Shown here: piece after piece, positions 24,959 to 38,700 of the stretch
Numbering within the stretch: position 1 is the stretch's first letter
Layout of the letters: every line of letters starts with the position of its first letter
Assembly: GCF_036588685.1 (NCBI RefSeq)
Contig: NC_086381.1
Location: 51,398,001 to 51,462,000, forward strand
DNA: 64,000 nucleotides
Direction: 5' to 3'
Source of the DNA: Mytilus trossulus
Lineage: Eukaryota
Position numbers and translations under genes: made by a program
The notes under the pieces: generated by a model
What the model was told of the DNA's origin: nothing
The model's input: the letters and a program-made list of their open reading frames with translations, nothing else
The model's database searches: none

Positions 24959-27900
24959 ACTAGTCATTACAGTGATTTTTTTGATATTACATGATATGGT
25001 TTCGTATTGACTTGATATAGTTTTGTTATCACTTAATATAGATCTGTAATTACTCGATGTGGTTTTACCATGATTGAATGTGGTTATGTCATAAGGCAAT
25101 GTGGTTTTAACATTACTTGATGTGTATGTGACATACCGTAGTGTAGTTGTCTCATTATATGATGTGGTTAGTTATTTCGTTATGATGATTTGTCAATTAT
25201 TTATATAGCTATAAATAACGTAATGATGTTTTAAAATTTGACGATTTTACACTACATGATGTGCTTATTTCATCTTTTGATCTTGTCATGTCATACTTTG
25301 ATGTTGTTGTCCCATCGCAACTACGAGGTAAAACCACGTGCCCATTTTGGAAAAAAAATACGTTCTATTTTTAGACCGATATCTATGTATCGTTCGTGTA
25401 ATGCGCTTTGGATGATTTTCGATATCCATTAAGTTAAAGTTTGAATTATAGTTCAAGTTGTTGTTCATTGTTATTTGAAATGACAAAAGGGAACGACAGA
25501 CAAAATTTAGAAAAAGTGATAAAACATGAACGGTTATTCGGACATAAGGGGGATATCCCAAAACCACTTGTCGGTTTTTCCTAAGTTCTCAAAAGGAAGC
25601 AGTATTATATTATGATTCCAAGGAACACTGCTTTATCTTGGTCTTGAAGAATAACTCCTATACAAGTTTTATAACAATTCTTTGAGATTTACAAATTTAT
25701 CATGTCAAAATAGTTTAATTTGGATATATTCAATTAAAAAGCGACAAAGCGTCGATTATGTCTTGTTCCTGTTGTTAGCCATTCGATGAAATGAGTCGGT
25801 ATAATAGTTTTTAAATATATATTAACCAACAAACAATGTTAAACCTGTCTCCAGGTATAAAAGTACGTGTAAGAGCATGTGTTAGTTTTGTTTAAATAAC
25901 AAAAACAAAAAATAAATGAAATCGAGGAAACACTTCAGTAAACCCTATGATATTTGATGTATAGCCGCATGCACACAACTTATGTGCCAACTATGTGAAT
26001 TAAACATAAACTGTTCACATCTACATGATCTACATCGATGTAATCATAGTTGTGAAGGGCCATATGTGAAACCAGCGGAAATAGCTACTATAATTTGATG
26101 TACTTCCTTGTTTCACCGAAAACAATATTTGTAGAGATGAATGTAAGCCATTTTAGAAATGAAAAATATTTTTTCAAATGATGTTATTTACATGTTTTAT
26201 GTTAGCATTATTCTCATAAATGTGGAAATTATTAGCTCTAAAGGTAAGTGAGAATGAACCTGTTGTTGTCAAGCTACTAATATATTTGTGTTGTGCGAAC
26301 GGATACTTATACACTGTAAAAGAGAAGCAAAATATACCAGAGGGACAGTCCGTCAAACTCATAGATCGAAAATAAACTGACAACTCCATGGCTAAAAAGT
26401 AAAAGGACATACAGACATATAACAGTACACATGACACAACATAGGAAACTAAAGACTAAATCTCGAGTTATAAAAACTTGATTTAATTGAAAGTCCCTGT
26501 TTGTTTTACTCTAGAATAGTGCAACAAGGTTTGTTTATAAAGATATAAGTATTGAAGAGTGCACACACGTTGATGTATAGATGCTAAATATGTTTTCTAA
26601 TCAAGATATTTCAGAATAAAATTTAAAAAAGGAACATTCAGTTTTAGATTCAATTCTGATTCTGTCATTGCTTTTATTAATGAGGAAACAGTGACAGTTC
26701 TTCTGTTTTAATTAAGTTTAATATTCTTATATTGCACACATATAAACCAAACGAAATTTTTATATATTCACGCGTTGAATATAAAACACGGTTTTACAAT
26801 GCACGATTTTAACAACGAGAAATTCATTGATGATGTCAAAAGAAAATATTCAAATTTAACCGTACAACAACATTTAGAAAAAAAATATCAATGATTAGAA
26901 AAAAAAGTGACTTTAAAATACTGCATGTAGCTATATGTATATTTTTTTCAACGGTTTAAACATTTTATTTCTTTAAAATATCAAGGAAATGAGTTATATA
27001 CAACATATACCAGATAAGCCTAATACAGTTTTTTTTTCTAGGTGACTCACGTTTGAATCAACATGCATGATCAAGGAAGTGAATGTCTGTTTTCAAAATG
27101 AGTTACGATGAAAATAGTATATGTTATATATATTCAGGTCTGAAACATGAAAATCTATACATATGCTTAAATAAATTGTTCGTGAAGTTGCCAAAAAAAA
27201 ATCGTTTAAACGAATTACTTAAATAACATTAAGGAATTTATTTTATTAAGGAACACAAAACCTGATACTGAAAAAAAAAAACTTAAAGTATTGGAAGTTC
27301 GAAATATATGTAACATTAAGGTCTTGGATAGTGTATATAATGTAACATTTTTGAGCCTATAATCATTGGAGAAGACAACAAGAAATGTATCGATATTGAT
27401 TATTGAATATTTCCCAACTTATTCGGTAGCCAAGAGCTTGCAGCTAATTCCGATTTTTTGCTTAACGTCACCAGTGTCTGATAGAAAGTTGATGAACTAG
27501 GGAGTATGATAAAAGACGTCTCATACGAAAACACGTTCATGATCGTCGATTATTCTAAATAAATTTTTTTTCTAACCAACCCACAAATCGTATGCATATT
27601 TGTATGCTAATGTCAAGACCTTTTTGGTGCACCAAAAGGATAAAATTCTTGGGTCATACCACTCAGACCCCTTTTATAATAAATTCTTAACTATCTCAAA
27701 AATAGTTTGCATCAATATCGATTGCCTTGATAAGTTGTTTTTAGTTTATCATAGGTTTTGTTTTTATGAGACCTTTTAGAACCTTACGTCATATAAGTTC
27801 TTTAAATGTCTTGGTTATACTTTCTATTCAAGAAAATATGTGAGTAGTACAAGCCACGTCTGTTTAATGTCTTTTAAATATTAAATATATCAAAAACTGT

Positions 27901-28429
27901 TCTGACACCACCCCTTGTTGATAAATGTTTGGTATTTTTGTGTGCATCATCTTCACATTGAACCATAGGTTTTTCGTTGTCTTTTAATTTCAAATAAAAG
28001 TGTTCGTTGATGGGAAGAAACATTGCGTTACTATGCTCGATAAGAAATATTTCAAAAAAGATAAATGGTAACCTGCAATGCAAATGTTTATAGTATAGTG
28101 TAACACCATATGTCAAAGTAAATGTTTGTTTAAGTCTATACTTCAGAGGAAAAAATCATCAATTGTTAGACAAAATGTATATTGCTAGATAAAATGCACG
28201 CCAGGAAATGTAAATGTATGTATTTGGAGTTCATAGCAAATCATCAAGTTCTTCATAATTTTTTTTTATTTTGAATTGTTTTAGTTTGTACTGAAAATCA
28301 AATTAGATATTATGTAATAATTTCAATATTTACAAAAAAAAAAAAGACGTTGCTAGGCAACCTTTCCCTCACCCGAGTCAAATGGAATACGTGTAACAGA
28401 TCTTCATTACATATTTTTAATTGTACTAT

Positions 28430-29032
28430 GGTAGCAATACACACTTAGGAGTTTAGTTTCGCATTTTTGGCCCCTGTGGAATTTTCGAATAGGAAAGTTA
28501 TCGTGTAATATAATTCATTTTTAGACATATGAGTGCTAATTTAGCCTTCACAGATGGTTTATAAGAGCATCAAGATTACTTCTTACATGTTTTATGGGCT
28601 GTTTTCTGTTTGACGATCCGTCATAGCTAGACCGGCAATCGCTCCAGAAATCAATGTAATGTTTACTAACACTTTTTTTCTACACGAAGTTTTTAACGCA
28701 ACTTTACAAAAAAATGAAATGAAAGACATATGCTTATTACTTTAAGTCAAATTTGGAGAAATATTTGATATCTTCTGCCCCCCCCCCCCCCCCTTTTTGC
28801 AATATTTTATTACAAAAAATGCAGATTGTTGCCATGGATACACCCAAAAGAAAGGATATTTTACCATTTTATATACTGGATACAAAATTTATGGAAGATT
28901 TGATTACATACATTTGCATATGCCCATATATGACACAAACAGTAAGCTTGATATTGCAAGAAAGCAATGAAAAGGGGATGGTAATTTTATAAGGGCAACT
29001 TTTAATATTTTTCCTAACTGTTTATTGCTACC
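28430..29032. mobile_element. MITE with ~21-bp TIRs
   Basis: ggtagcaatacacacttagga ... tcctaactgtttattgctacc. Confidence 0.65.
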
Positions 29033-29577
29033 TAAGACTTTAATTTTGGTAAATTAAGCTTATCCGGAAAAGGGGTCATGAACGCCCCGTATCATACCTG
29101 GTCATAACTTGACAAATATTTTTAATGACGTTTGTTCGTCTGCAACACTATGAAATCCTAAACTAAACAAAGTATTATATGTTGATGATGCTATATTATT
29201 TCCTTCTATAAAATATAGATCGACATACTGCGTAGAAAAAAATCGTAGCATATTGTGCATTTAGATCAATTTGAAGAAGTTGAAGTTGAAATATTTATTG
29301 TCATAATCTGTTGATAGAAAATAAAAGTGTACTTAATATCTTTGTGTTGGGTTTAGCAGCAGGTACCTTTACAACTGCTCAAAATGATGTGCAATTATAA
29401 AACAAAACAATAGAAAATAAACATTTCTTAAACTTACAGAATGTTGGTATTATTATGCCAAATATTGGTACAATCTTCTTATACTATATCATGTGTACTT
29501 TTCATGACACTATAATAATAAAAACTTTGACACTTTTACTTCCATAACACTTGTACATGCACCTCACTTTATTTTAG

Positions 29578-29745
29578 GAGAGATACCCTCTGCATATGTC
29601 ACGGATATCTATTATTCATGGAAAGAGGCAAACGAAATATGTGAAATGATTAGATTATATGATAACATACAGTTCCCTGACACGTATGGCACATTAAGTT
29701 GGGTAGATGCGCCTGTAGAATATTCCCAATGGGTTGAATATAAAG
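29578..29745 (+). CDS. Receptor exon: N-half of CTL-like domain 1 (…YYSWKEANEICEM…LSWVDAPVEYSQWVEYK)
   Basis: ttttattttag acceptor, gtagga donor; 'SW.EA...C' CTL motif. Confidence 0.75.
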
Positions 29746-32700
29746 GTAGGAATACCTAAGATTAGTCTTATGACAGAGGTAAAAAAAAACAAGTTCTAAC
29801 CATTACATAGGTTGTATTAAATCAATTTCAACATATTGATAATTGCGTTTGATAATTGCGGTATACACATTTCAACAAATTGAATTATTTTAGAAAGTGC
29901 CATGGCAACAATTTTCAAAGTTTGTTTTTTTTAAATTCAGCAATATACCATCTCCAGTGTTTTTATATTTGATAGAGTATACATTGGTCTTTATTATGCA
30001 ATAAAGTTTTTTTCTGTCGATGCCTGCGTTCTTTTATAAATCTTGCCTAGAAAAAGGTAAATTTTCATTTTTTTTATGAAATCTAAAAATACCGATCTTT
30101 GGTATTTTGGATTTGCTAATACCAGAATATTATGGACTGCTGATTTTATTTTTTTATTTTAAAAGTCAAGTACTATGCTTGTTATTACAATATCAAAAGT
30201 AATTTTATTGCACAATTTGTACAGGTATGTGTACACAAGTCCAAAGTTATCCCAATTTCACCTAAAAAGCATTGAATTTGAAGCCAAAATTTTAGGTCAA
30301 TGGTTACCATAGCAACCATACACATGAAACAAGATTTTTTTTTTCTCAATATAATCATATTTGAAGCATATATGCCGAATTTGGTGGAAATCTGACACCT
30401 ATGGTTTCCCAGTTCCTATTGATTCCTTTGATGCTTACAGAGAATTGCTAACTTAAAAGTTTTAAAGGTGCATGCTGTATTTTTCCTATATATTGTACAT
30501 CAAGAGTTCATATTTTGCAAACTACAGAATGAATATTTACTAAATGAAAATGTCTTGAACCGAAGTTCAGCTAAATGCGGACAAATTACACAATAAATGA
30601 AAAATCAATAAACCGTATCTAAATTCTCATAGACAATAATTTATGTACCTCAATTATTTCAATTAAGAATACCATTTTTATTTGAGTTTTGTTTAACCGT
30701 CAATTCATTTCCGTGTGTGTTTGTTTACATCTAGTAGTACAAATGCTGCTTTCATCTCAACAAAACTATTTCCATTTTACTCTAGATTGTGTGAACGTGA
30801 AACCAGAGTTCATAGAAAAACATAAACGTGTTCAATATGGCGATCAGTTGGGGCAATGCTTGCAGTATTGTGAAGACTATGACTACATTGGATTACAGGT
30901 ACGTGCATCAGCTATTGAATTAAATAGAAAACAGTTTTGATAAAAGTGCCTATTAAACAACTCTCCATTGAAGTAACAATATGTTAAAATTAAACACAAA
31001 AAGGTCGAAGTAAGGCCTTCATCACGAAGTTCTGACTCATAGCGAACAACAAACTGTAAAGGTACACGCAATTGAATGCTTTAAATAATTCAATCAGGCA
31101 CACCTTCGGTTTCATTTATATATCAAAAACTAAAAACGAGAAACACCAACAAATGACAATCACTGATTTAAAGGTTTTTGAAATGGCGTAACTCATTCAC
31201 AAGATGTATTAACAAAAACGAGTAAAAAAGAGACGAAAGATACCAGATAGGCAGTTAAGCTCATAAATCGAAAATAAACTGACAACGCCATTAGCATGAT
31301 CAGTTGCAATTATAAAACGTAATACATTTTTAATTATTCATCACGCTGAACGAACATATTTGATCTATGACACACTGTTAACACAATATTTATAACAAAA
31401 CGAAGAAGAGGAGATTAAATATAATATCAGAAGCACAACTATAAAATTAGGAAAAAAATACTTTGAATAAATTAACATACACAGGTGAATACAATATACA
31501 TGGGAGACAAAAATATTCTTTTCAAAATCTTCAAATTATCAAAAAAACGAAATGTGTTTAAATAACAAACATTTCTTTTTATTTCAAACTGACATTATGG
31601 TACTTTTAATTCATCTTCACTTTCTACTTCATTTCAATTGGGTTCAACATGGTAAAACAGTAACTTCTCTTAGCCTTTTATTTTAGTGTTATAATGTTTC
31701 ATTAAGCCTCATTTGTATGTTTACGATCTTAGTATGCCAAATGTAGATGAAACTGAATTATTGCTTATGTTGTTCACACCTACCCTTTATAAATCAGGCG
31801 CATAATGTTAGATTTACAACTAGTTATTAGAAACGTTCTATGCATATCCTAAGTCAGGATCCTGTAATTCAGTGGTTGTCGTTTGTTTATGTGTTACATA
31901 ATTGATTTTCGTTATTTTTTTTCACATAAATTAGGCCGTTAGTTTTCTAGTTTGAATTGTTTTACATTGTCTTATCGGGGCCTTTAATAGCTGACTATGT
32001 CGTATGGGCTTTGCCCATTTGTTGAAGGTCGTACGGTGACCTATAGTTGTTAAAGTCTGTGTCATTTTAGTCTTTTGTGGATAGTTGTCTCATTCGCAAT
32101 CAAACTACATCTTCTTTTTTATATTTCATTATATTCTCTAACATGTCTTATCATTCATTTATTTTACATTCATTCAAGATATTCAGTTTTTGTTCTGCTG
32201 CAAATTCATTTATTAAAAGGGCACTAGCTGTCAAATTCATGTTCACCAACTTTAATCAACTTTTAATATTTTATTAATAACAATGTTCATTTATTCAAGC
32301 TAGTTAAGTCTAAAATAAATAATAAACAGAGCACGAGCACAACAATACGTAGCTTCATTTCGTGTGTATATTAGTCTATACATCATCTAATTAAGTAGCA
32401 AGTTGGCCTCTTAACGATGACCATATAAACATACATATATATCTATACAGATTAACATAATTAAGCAAACTCGTGCTGTTGGATTATTCAATGTCTAATT
32501 ATTTAATTTCGTATTATAGATGAAAAAAAAATGTTTATCAGCCTTTTTACTTGTATAAGAATGATGTTTTGTGGATCAAATCGGTCTATAAAAGGATAAA
32601 TTTCTATAAAATGGACGTGTTATTCATCTCTAACTAGGGGTTAAATTGAATTCTCATGAATACAGATTTAATGAGGTTGAATTATTCACTTGCAAGTGAA

Positions 32701-35700
32701 TAATTAATAATAAATGTTTTTAGCCTTTTTGACAAAATTGAACCATACTGGCTGCTAAAAGCTAATTATTATTGCACTATTTGTATTTCATTAGTAATTG
32801 AGCAAACAAATATTAATGTTTTTATACATCTCGTAGCAAGTGCCACTTAAAGCGCCTTTCATTATTTCAAATAAATTTAGTCGGATGTGTGTATCTGTTT
32901 GTATCTGCTGTTAATATACTTATTTCCGATTTAAGAGTGTGATTTTTTTTTAATATATAAACCATTTATCTTATCCTTTTCTTCGACTGAGATTTGATTA
33001 TTTTGACTTTTTTTTATTACTTTGTTCCGAGATATTGAAACTGATTGAAGAACTTTTTTCTTGAATACTTGCTATATAAATTATTGTTTTTTTTTATAAA
33101 ATGTTTACCAGCAATCCAATTGTTCCTGTTTGAGCCTTTCTGAAATGAGTCATAACACTGTCATATCAGGTTGTTCACATAAAGAAATATGCAGAGGAGA
33201 CAAGTACGCATACTGTGCAAATGGCATCAGTAATTTTAACTGTTTTATTATCTACAAAAAAGGTAAATGGTAGTACATACTTTAATATAGCGGATGCAGT
33301 GAATTTCAGATGAATCAATGATAGTAAGGAGAATTTTGTTGTTATTGCCCATGAGACAACTATTTCTGAACATTCAGATGAAATAAATATAAGCTATCAT
33401 AGGCAACCACACGGCCTTTAACAATGAGGACACTCATACATTGTTGACGTCTTTTTAAAAAAAGGTCCCAATAGGAAAAATATGAACATAAAAATGACAT
33501 AATTAACGACTTCATTTGTAACAAAAAACAAAAAAATTACAAAATAACAAATATAACAGACATGTACCAGCATCAAGCAATTCAACTATATACTTCGGAT
33601 TTTTGACAGGCAGATAACGAATATGGCATGGTAAAGCATGTTTAAAGGCGCCAATTTTATCTAAACTTAAGATTTCGATGTAACGGCACAACATAAGAAC
33701 AAACTATAAAATTCAGAAAAAAACATCGATAAAGTAGATACAGTGTTAAGCTTATCTGTTTCAATTATACATATTTCCTGGTATATTGTATGTCTAACGT
33801 GTTGAATATATACATAAATATATTAAACAAGTTGTATATACATTATGTACACAGCCATGTATCACCATCATTGATGGCGATCCGATGAATAAATCTGTTG
33901 TAGAGTTGTCACTGACTCAGACGTTCTAATAAATATAATTATTTTCTGTGACTGTATTTTACATTAATTTGTAAGATCCTTTACTATAGATAATTGAGCT
34001 GATCTGTAACAATAACATCTCCATGCCTTATATATCATGTACTGTAGTACGCCGCTAGATTAAAACTGACGGGGAAAGGTAACACACGGTCACTAAAAGC
34101 TTTATTTTTTGTAGAGCCCAGGTGGTCGTATGGTCTAGCGGGACGGCTGCAGTGCAGGCGATTTGGTGTCACTATATCTCAGTAGCATGGGTTCGAATCC
34201 CGGCGAAGGAAAAACGAAATATTTGCGAAAGCAAATGTACAGATCTAACAGTATTGGGTCGATGTTTAGACAAGGTGTTAGATATCATGTATTGGTTGGA
34301 TAATCTGTTACGTCCTATCGTGTGTAGTCGGAATAATTATAAAATTGCTTATCCATACAATCTCGTAAAATAATTATATAAAGTTCAAGACTGCATGCTA
34401 GTTACGTAAGCGCGTCACTGTTTTTGATATGCTGTAACGTTTGTTTGTAGTTGATGACTTATGTTCGTTGTTGTTCTGTGGTTTTCATTTTGTATTCCCT
34501 ATTTTACTTGTTTGCTATTGAGTTTCGAAAATGACACAGTTTTTAGTTTAAATAGCTATTTACAACACAAACTTTACAGATATGTTTCAAATAAAAATAG
34601 CAAAGTGCGATATGCACCATCCTAAAATTCCAAAAGAGACGACAGTTAGGTAACAACAACCTTTACGTGTAAATACATTCACAAGAAACAACACAGACCG
34701 ATCTAACCTGGTAAAACATTTCAAATTTGACAACGGTAGAGTAACTACAACAGAGGCGGAGTAATTAAATATCCCAAATATATAGCATTTTAATAATTAT
34801 CATAAATAAAAAATTGACAATGATACAAACGCTGAATGTGACTTCGTTCTTGTTTGTACTCAAATGAATAAAACCCTGCGATAAAAACTCGTACAATTCA
34901 TAACATTTAGAGTTGGCAATGGTAATGGAATAGCAACAAGAGATTATCTGTGCAGTAATATGTAATGTTTACTTATCAAATTAAAAAGAAGCACTGCGCG
35001 AATCATATCTATACAACTTTTCAAATGCATTTATCTTATTTGCTGGCAACGTTTTTAATTTTCTTATCTAAAATATTTGTGAATGAGACTTTCCTCCGTA
35101 TATCAAACAGTGTTGTGTCTTTGATTGTAATTTTCATTCGATTGCGCTCTGCCTAAAAAATTGTCTTTATTAATATGTTCAGTGGACTTTTCTTTTGTTT
35201 CCTTTTCGCCCAACAATGTTCTGTGACACACAGGGTTTGATAATTCTAGAATTTTCACATGTTCCCGTTTTAGTTATGTCATTATGATTTCCATTTTACA
35301 GACCTGTGTGATGTGTTTTGCTTCAATAATTATTTGTTCCTGAAAGGAGTTTGTATTGTAAAACTATTTTATATTATGTTTTAGTAATATTTGTATGCAA
35401 AACAATAAGTGTTATGATGATTTTCAGAAATATTATTGGGAAAAACAACACAATTCATGATATTCAGATAATACAAACAGTGAAAACGATCATGCAGAAA
35501 TAAAAATGACTAGTAATTTCAGGTAACTTTTGGCTGTGTTTTTGTAATTGAGTGTCGTCCTTCTTGAACAGTTATGATGTGTCCAAGATAAACGGCATCC
35601 ATAAATTGAATGTACGAATCATCTTAGGTTATGAAAATTTTCCTAGGAATTTGTCAGACATTTTTGTTGATAAAAATAGTTTCAAAACACATCATTTTAC

Positions 35701-38700
35701 TGAACAATCTTCGTTTTCGGAAAACACTGATTTATGTAGAATAAAAGCAAAATCATAATATATGAACGTCGATTATATCTATCATTATTATTATGTTATT
35801 ATACAGTGAATATCAACGAGCAATTACACATCGGAAATTGTTTAAAAGTTACAAGGGCTCACGACCAAAATAGTTCTTTTAGAGCAAGCCCGTGTAATGG
35901 AGTCTCCAAACCGTTGTGTACAAGTAAGAACTTATTTATGAAACTGTGTCTGTTTTGTTTAATCAACTAATATGAGTTTGCGTATTGTTTTGTTTCTTGC
36001 CCCTATAGCTCCTCAAAAATGCGTCCTCTGATTATATAGTTTCATTCCACGTTACATAACTTTATAAATTTCAATGGTCAATTTAAATGAATTTTCAATG
36101 AGTAATGCGATTTCAAGATACTGTTCTGGTGGGTTATATGAATCAACTGACCAGCTAGTGTACGCAGTTTATATATATAGAATATATAAATAAAAATGTG
36201 AAAATGTGGTATGAGACATCTCACCTTTTAAGTCACTATGCATAAAAAGTAATCAATTAAAGATTAAACTACAGCCTTCAACCGGAACGTTGGAAAACCG
36301 GCAACCACTGACCAACTGGCTCCTGACTTCGAAAGGTGCATACAATTACAGCGATTTGAATTGTTTAACAGGCACGTACACTAACCTTACTATGAGAAAG
36401 AAGTTTATCACTTCAACATAAACATTTTATATTAAGGATATAGTTTTGTTAGGTTAAGGATTTTTTCAGATGTTCGAAATCTGTTGGTTTTTACTTACGA
36501 TACAGGTTACACAATGTGCCCCATATCATCCATCCTTTTTTCATGAAAGACTAGGAGAGTTCAACATGGGTCGTTTCTAAAATATTAGCACATTCTAGAT
36601 TTTATTTGAGACCCAAATAAGGCCTGCGCTTAATATAAGTTAAAAGTCTAAGTAACTCTTTTCTCGCCCTTTCTTTAAATTACAATATCTTGAAATGAAT
36701 TGTCATTAACCCTTAATACTCTAAGCTTACTGTGTTCTTTTACTACGGCTCTTCTGATTAACAATATCAATTTCAAATTTTCTTAAAAATTGTTTTAAAT
36801 TTCACCTAACTACAACCCTTAACATTGCTGTAAAACGAAAACTTGTTTTTGTTTTAGGCTGCATTTTTGAGTTTGTTTATTAAATCATTGTCATCTTTTT
36901 TAATACATGAATCAGGCATGCGCAGTTTCTACGGACATTCGCAAAATTGGATAAGCTCTTTCAGCCAATGTAAACCAGAACTCTTTGTTTCATATGATCG
37001 TTACAAACAGTCACAACTATGGCAAGAAGGACTATTTTGGTTAGCTAATATAAGGAGACCATATATTAACCATTTCCTGGTATGTTTAATAAGCCAAGCC
37101 GTCTGTTTGATATGATTTTGTGTATCTATTTTTTACATTTTCTGTATTTTAATTTAGATTTTAAACAACACTAATTTCTAATCGTTATTTATAAATTAAT
37201 CAAGGTTGTAACAACTAAAGTAAAGTTGACCTTTTATATGTTCATTATAGCTTGGCTTATGTATGTATCCAAAAATACAAAGTAGTAAATAATTTATATT
37301 ATACCTTTGCAAATACATTAAATATCAGATGAATCAATCGGTCATACATAAAATTTGTATTAAGGTTTCACTGATGAGTCTTATGTAGACGAAACTAAAT
37401 AATAATCCTGGTACCTTTGATAACTATATTCGCAGGATTTAAAACTGGGTTCAATACATCATTTTCTACATAAAACAAAATTTCTTGATATTTGACAACT
37501 GTTATAGGAAAAACGTAGTATGTAACGTGTAGTGTGATATCTTCACTATACCCTATTAACTACTTATAACTAATTTGGTAACTTGATGTACAGTAGTTCG
37601 TCTTTTGGGATTTCTTCTGACTCCCTTTTTACATCGATTTACCACTTCGAAAATGTTTACCGACAATTGCGCATCGTTGAAATATTCTGGATGTACCTTC
37701 ATCAGGAACGATTAAAACCAAATATTTGAATACCACAGACTTATAAGAACCGAAACTATTGAAGAACTATTTGACAAACATTAACCTTATAGTCACATTA
37801 TCGGGTTAAGGAAAATAGACTTCATGCAATTATTGTTTTATGTTCTATAATCATGATAATGGCATACTTTTTATTTTGACGATATTTTCATGAAAAATGT
37901 CTCTTTAAAGAAGGAGAAATTATTGATACGGAAATTTTATGTCCAAAACAGTTGCTTTCTTTTGAAGTGTTAGTTAAAAAAAAAGCATTACAAATCATGT
38001 TAATGAAATCTGAATGATACAAAAAAAAAGATATCACTTTGATCAAACAATTGTCAAATGACTGTTGAATTATTTAGTTAGCAACATCTAATAATATACT
38101 ATATAAAGTTTATACATTGCAGTTGGGTTAGAATGTTACTGGTGAAATTTATGGCGAAGCGCGTATTGCCTTCTTAGTAAAATACGATAAATAAGAGTAG
38201 AAATAAAATACCCGGTCAAAATATACATCAACCAAAACAAACATACATGCATATTATACATCAAGTACTTAATTTACAGAATTTGAACCTAAATACTGTA
38301 TGGCTGTGACCACACGAACATGTGATCATCGGGTATATACATATGTCAGGCAATGCACAGAAAAACTACCAGTCTTATGTGCTGTCACAAATAAGACGTC
38401 GCCGGAAAATATACCATCTACTTATTCGGTTGAGATTCCTGAACTGGACTTCATTGTTAACACGACCAAAAGTACGTTTGTATTTAATGTTTCTTTTAAT
38501 AGTCTTAAAGTGAGAATGAGTCAAAGAGACAACAGCACAATCAAATGTCAGAACACAACTGCATTTTTCATGTACCTATTAAATGCTTACGTGTTTTTAC
38601 CGAATCTTTTTTGCTAAATTTTGGGAAAAAAATTATTAAAAGAAATGTAGTATATTTGTTGATTAAGGGAAATCTACTCACACTTTTAGGTTGTATCGTT

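Noticed and set aside
29441-29495. Signal-peptide exon MLVLLCQILVQSSYTIS for the receptor
   Set aside because: No donor gives a phase-1 join to 29578 without a stop; the alternative 29318-29362 lacks an ATG; start left unresolved
34116-34210. Possible tRNA gene
   Set aside because: A and B boxes are present but there is no acceptor-stem pairing; a long conserved 3' extension is shared with a second copy at 39683-39804, so it is a SINE
35428-35522. Additional receptor exon
   Set aside because: Stops or phase incompatibility; 33262 joins 35807 directly in phase 1
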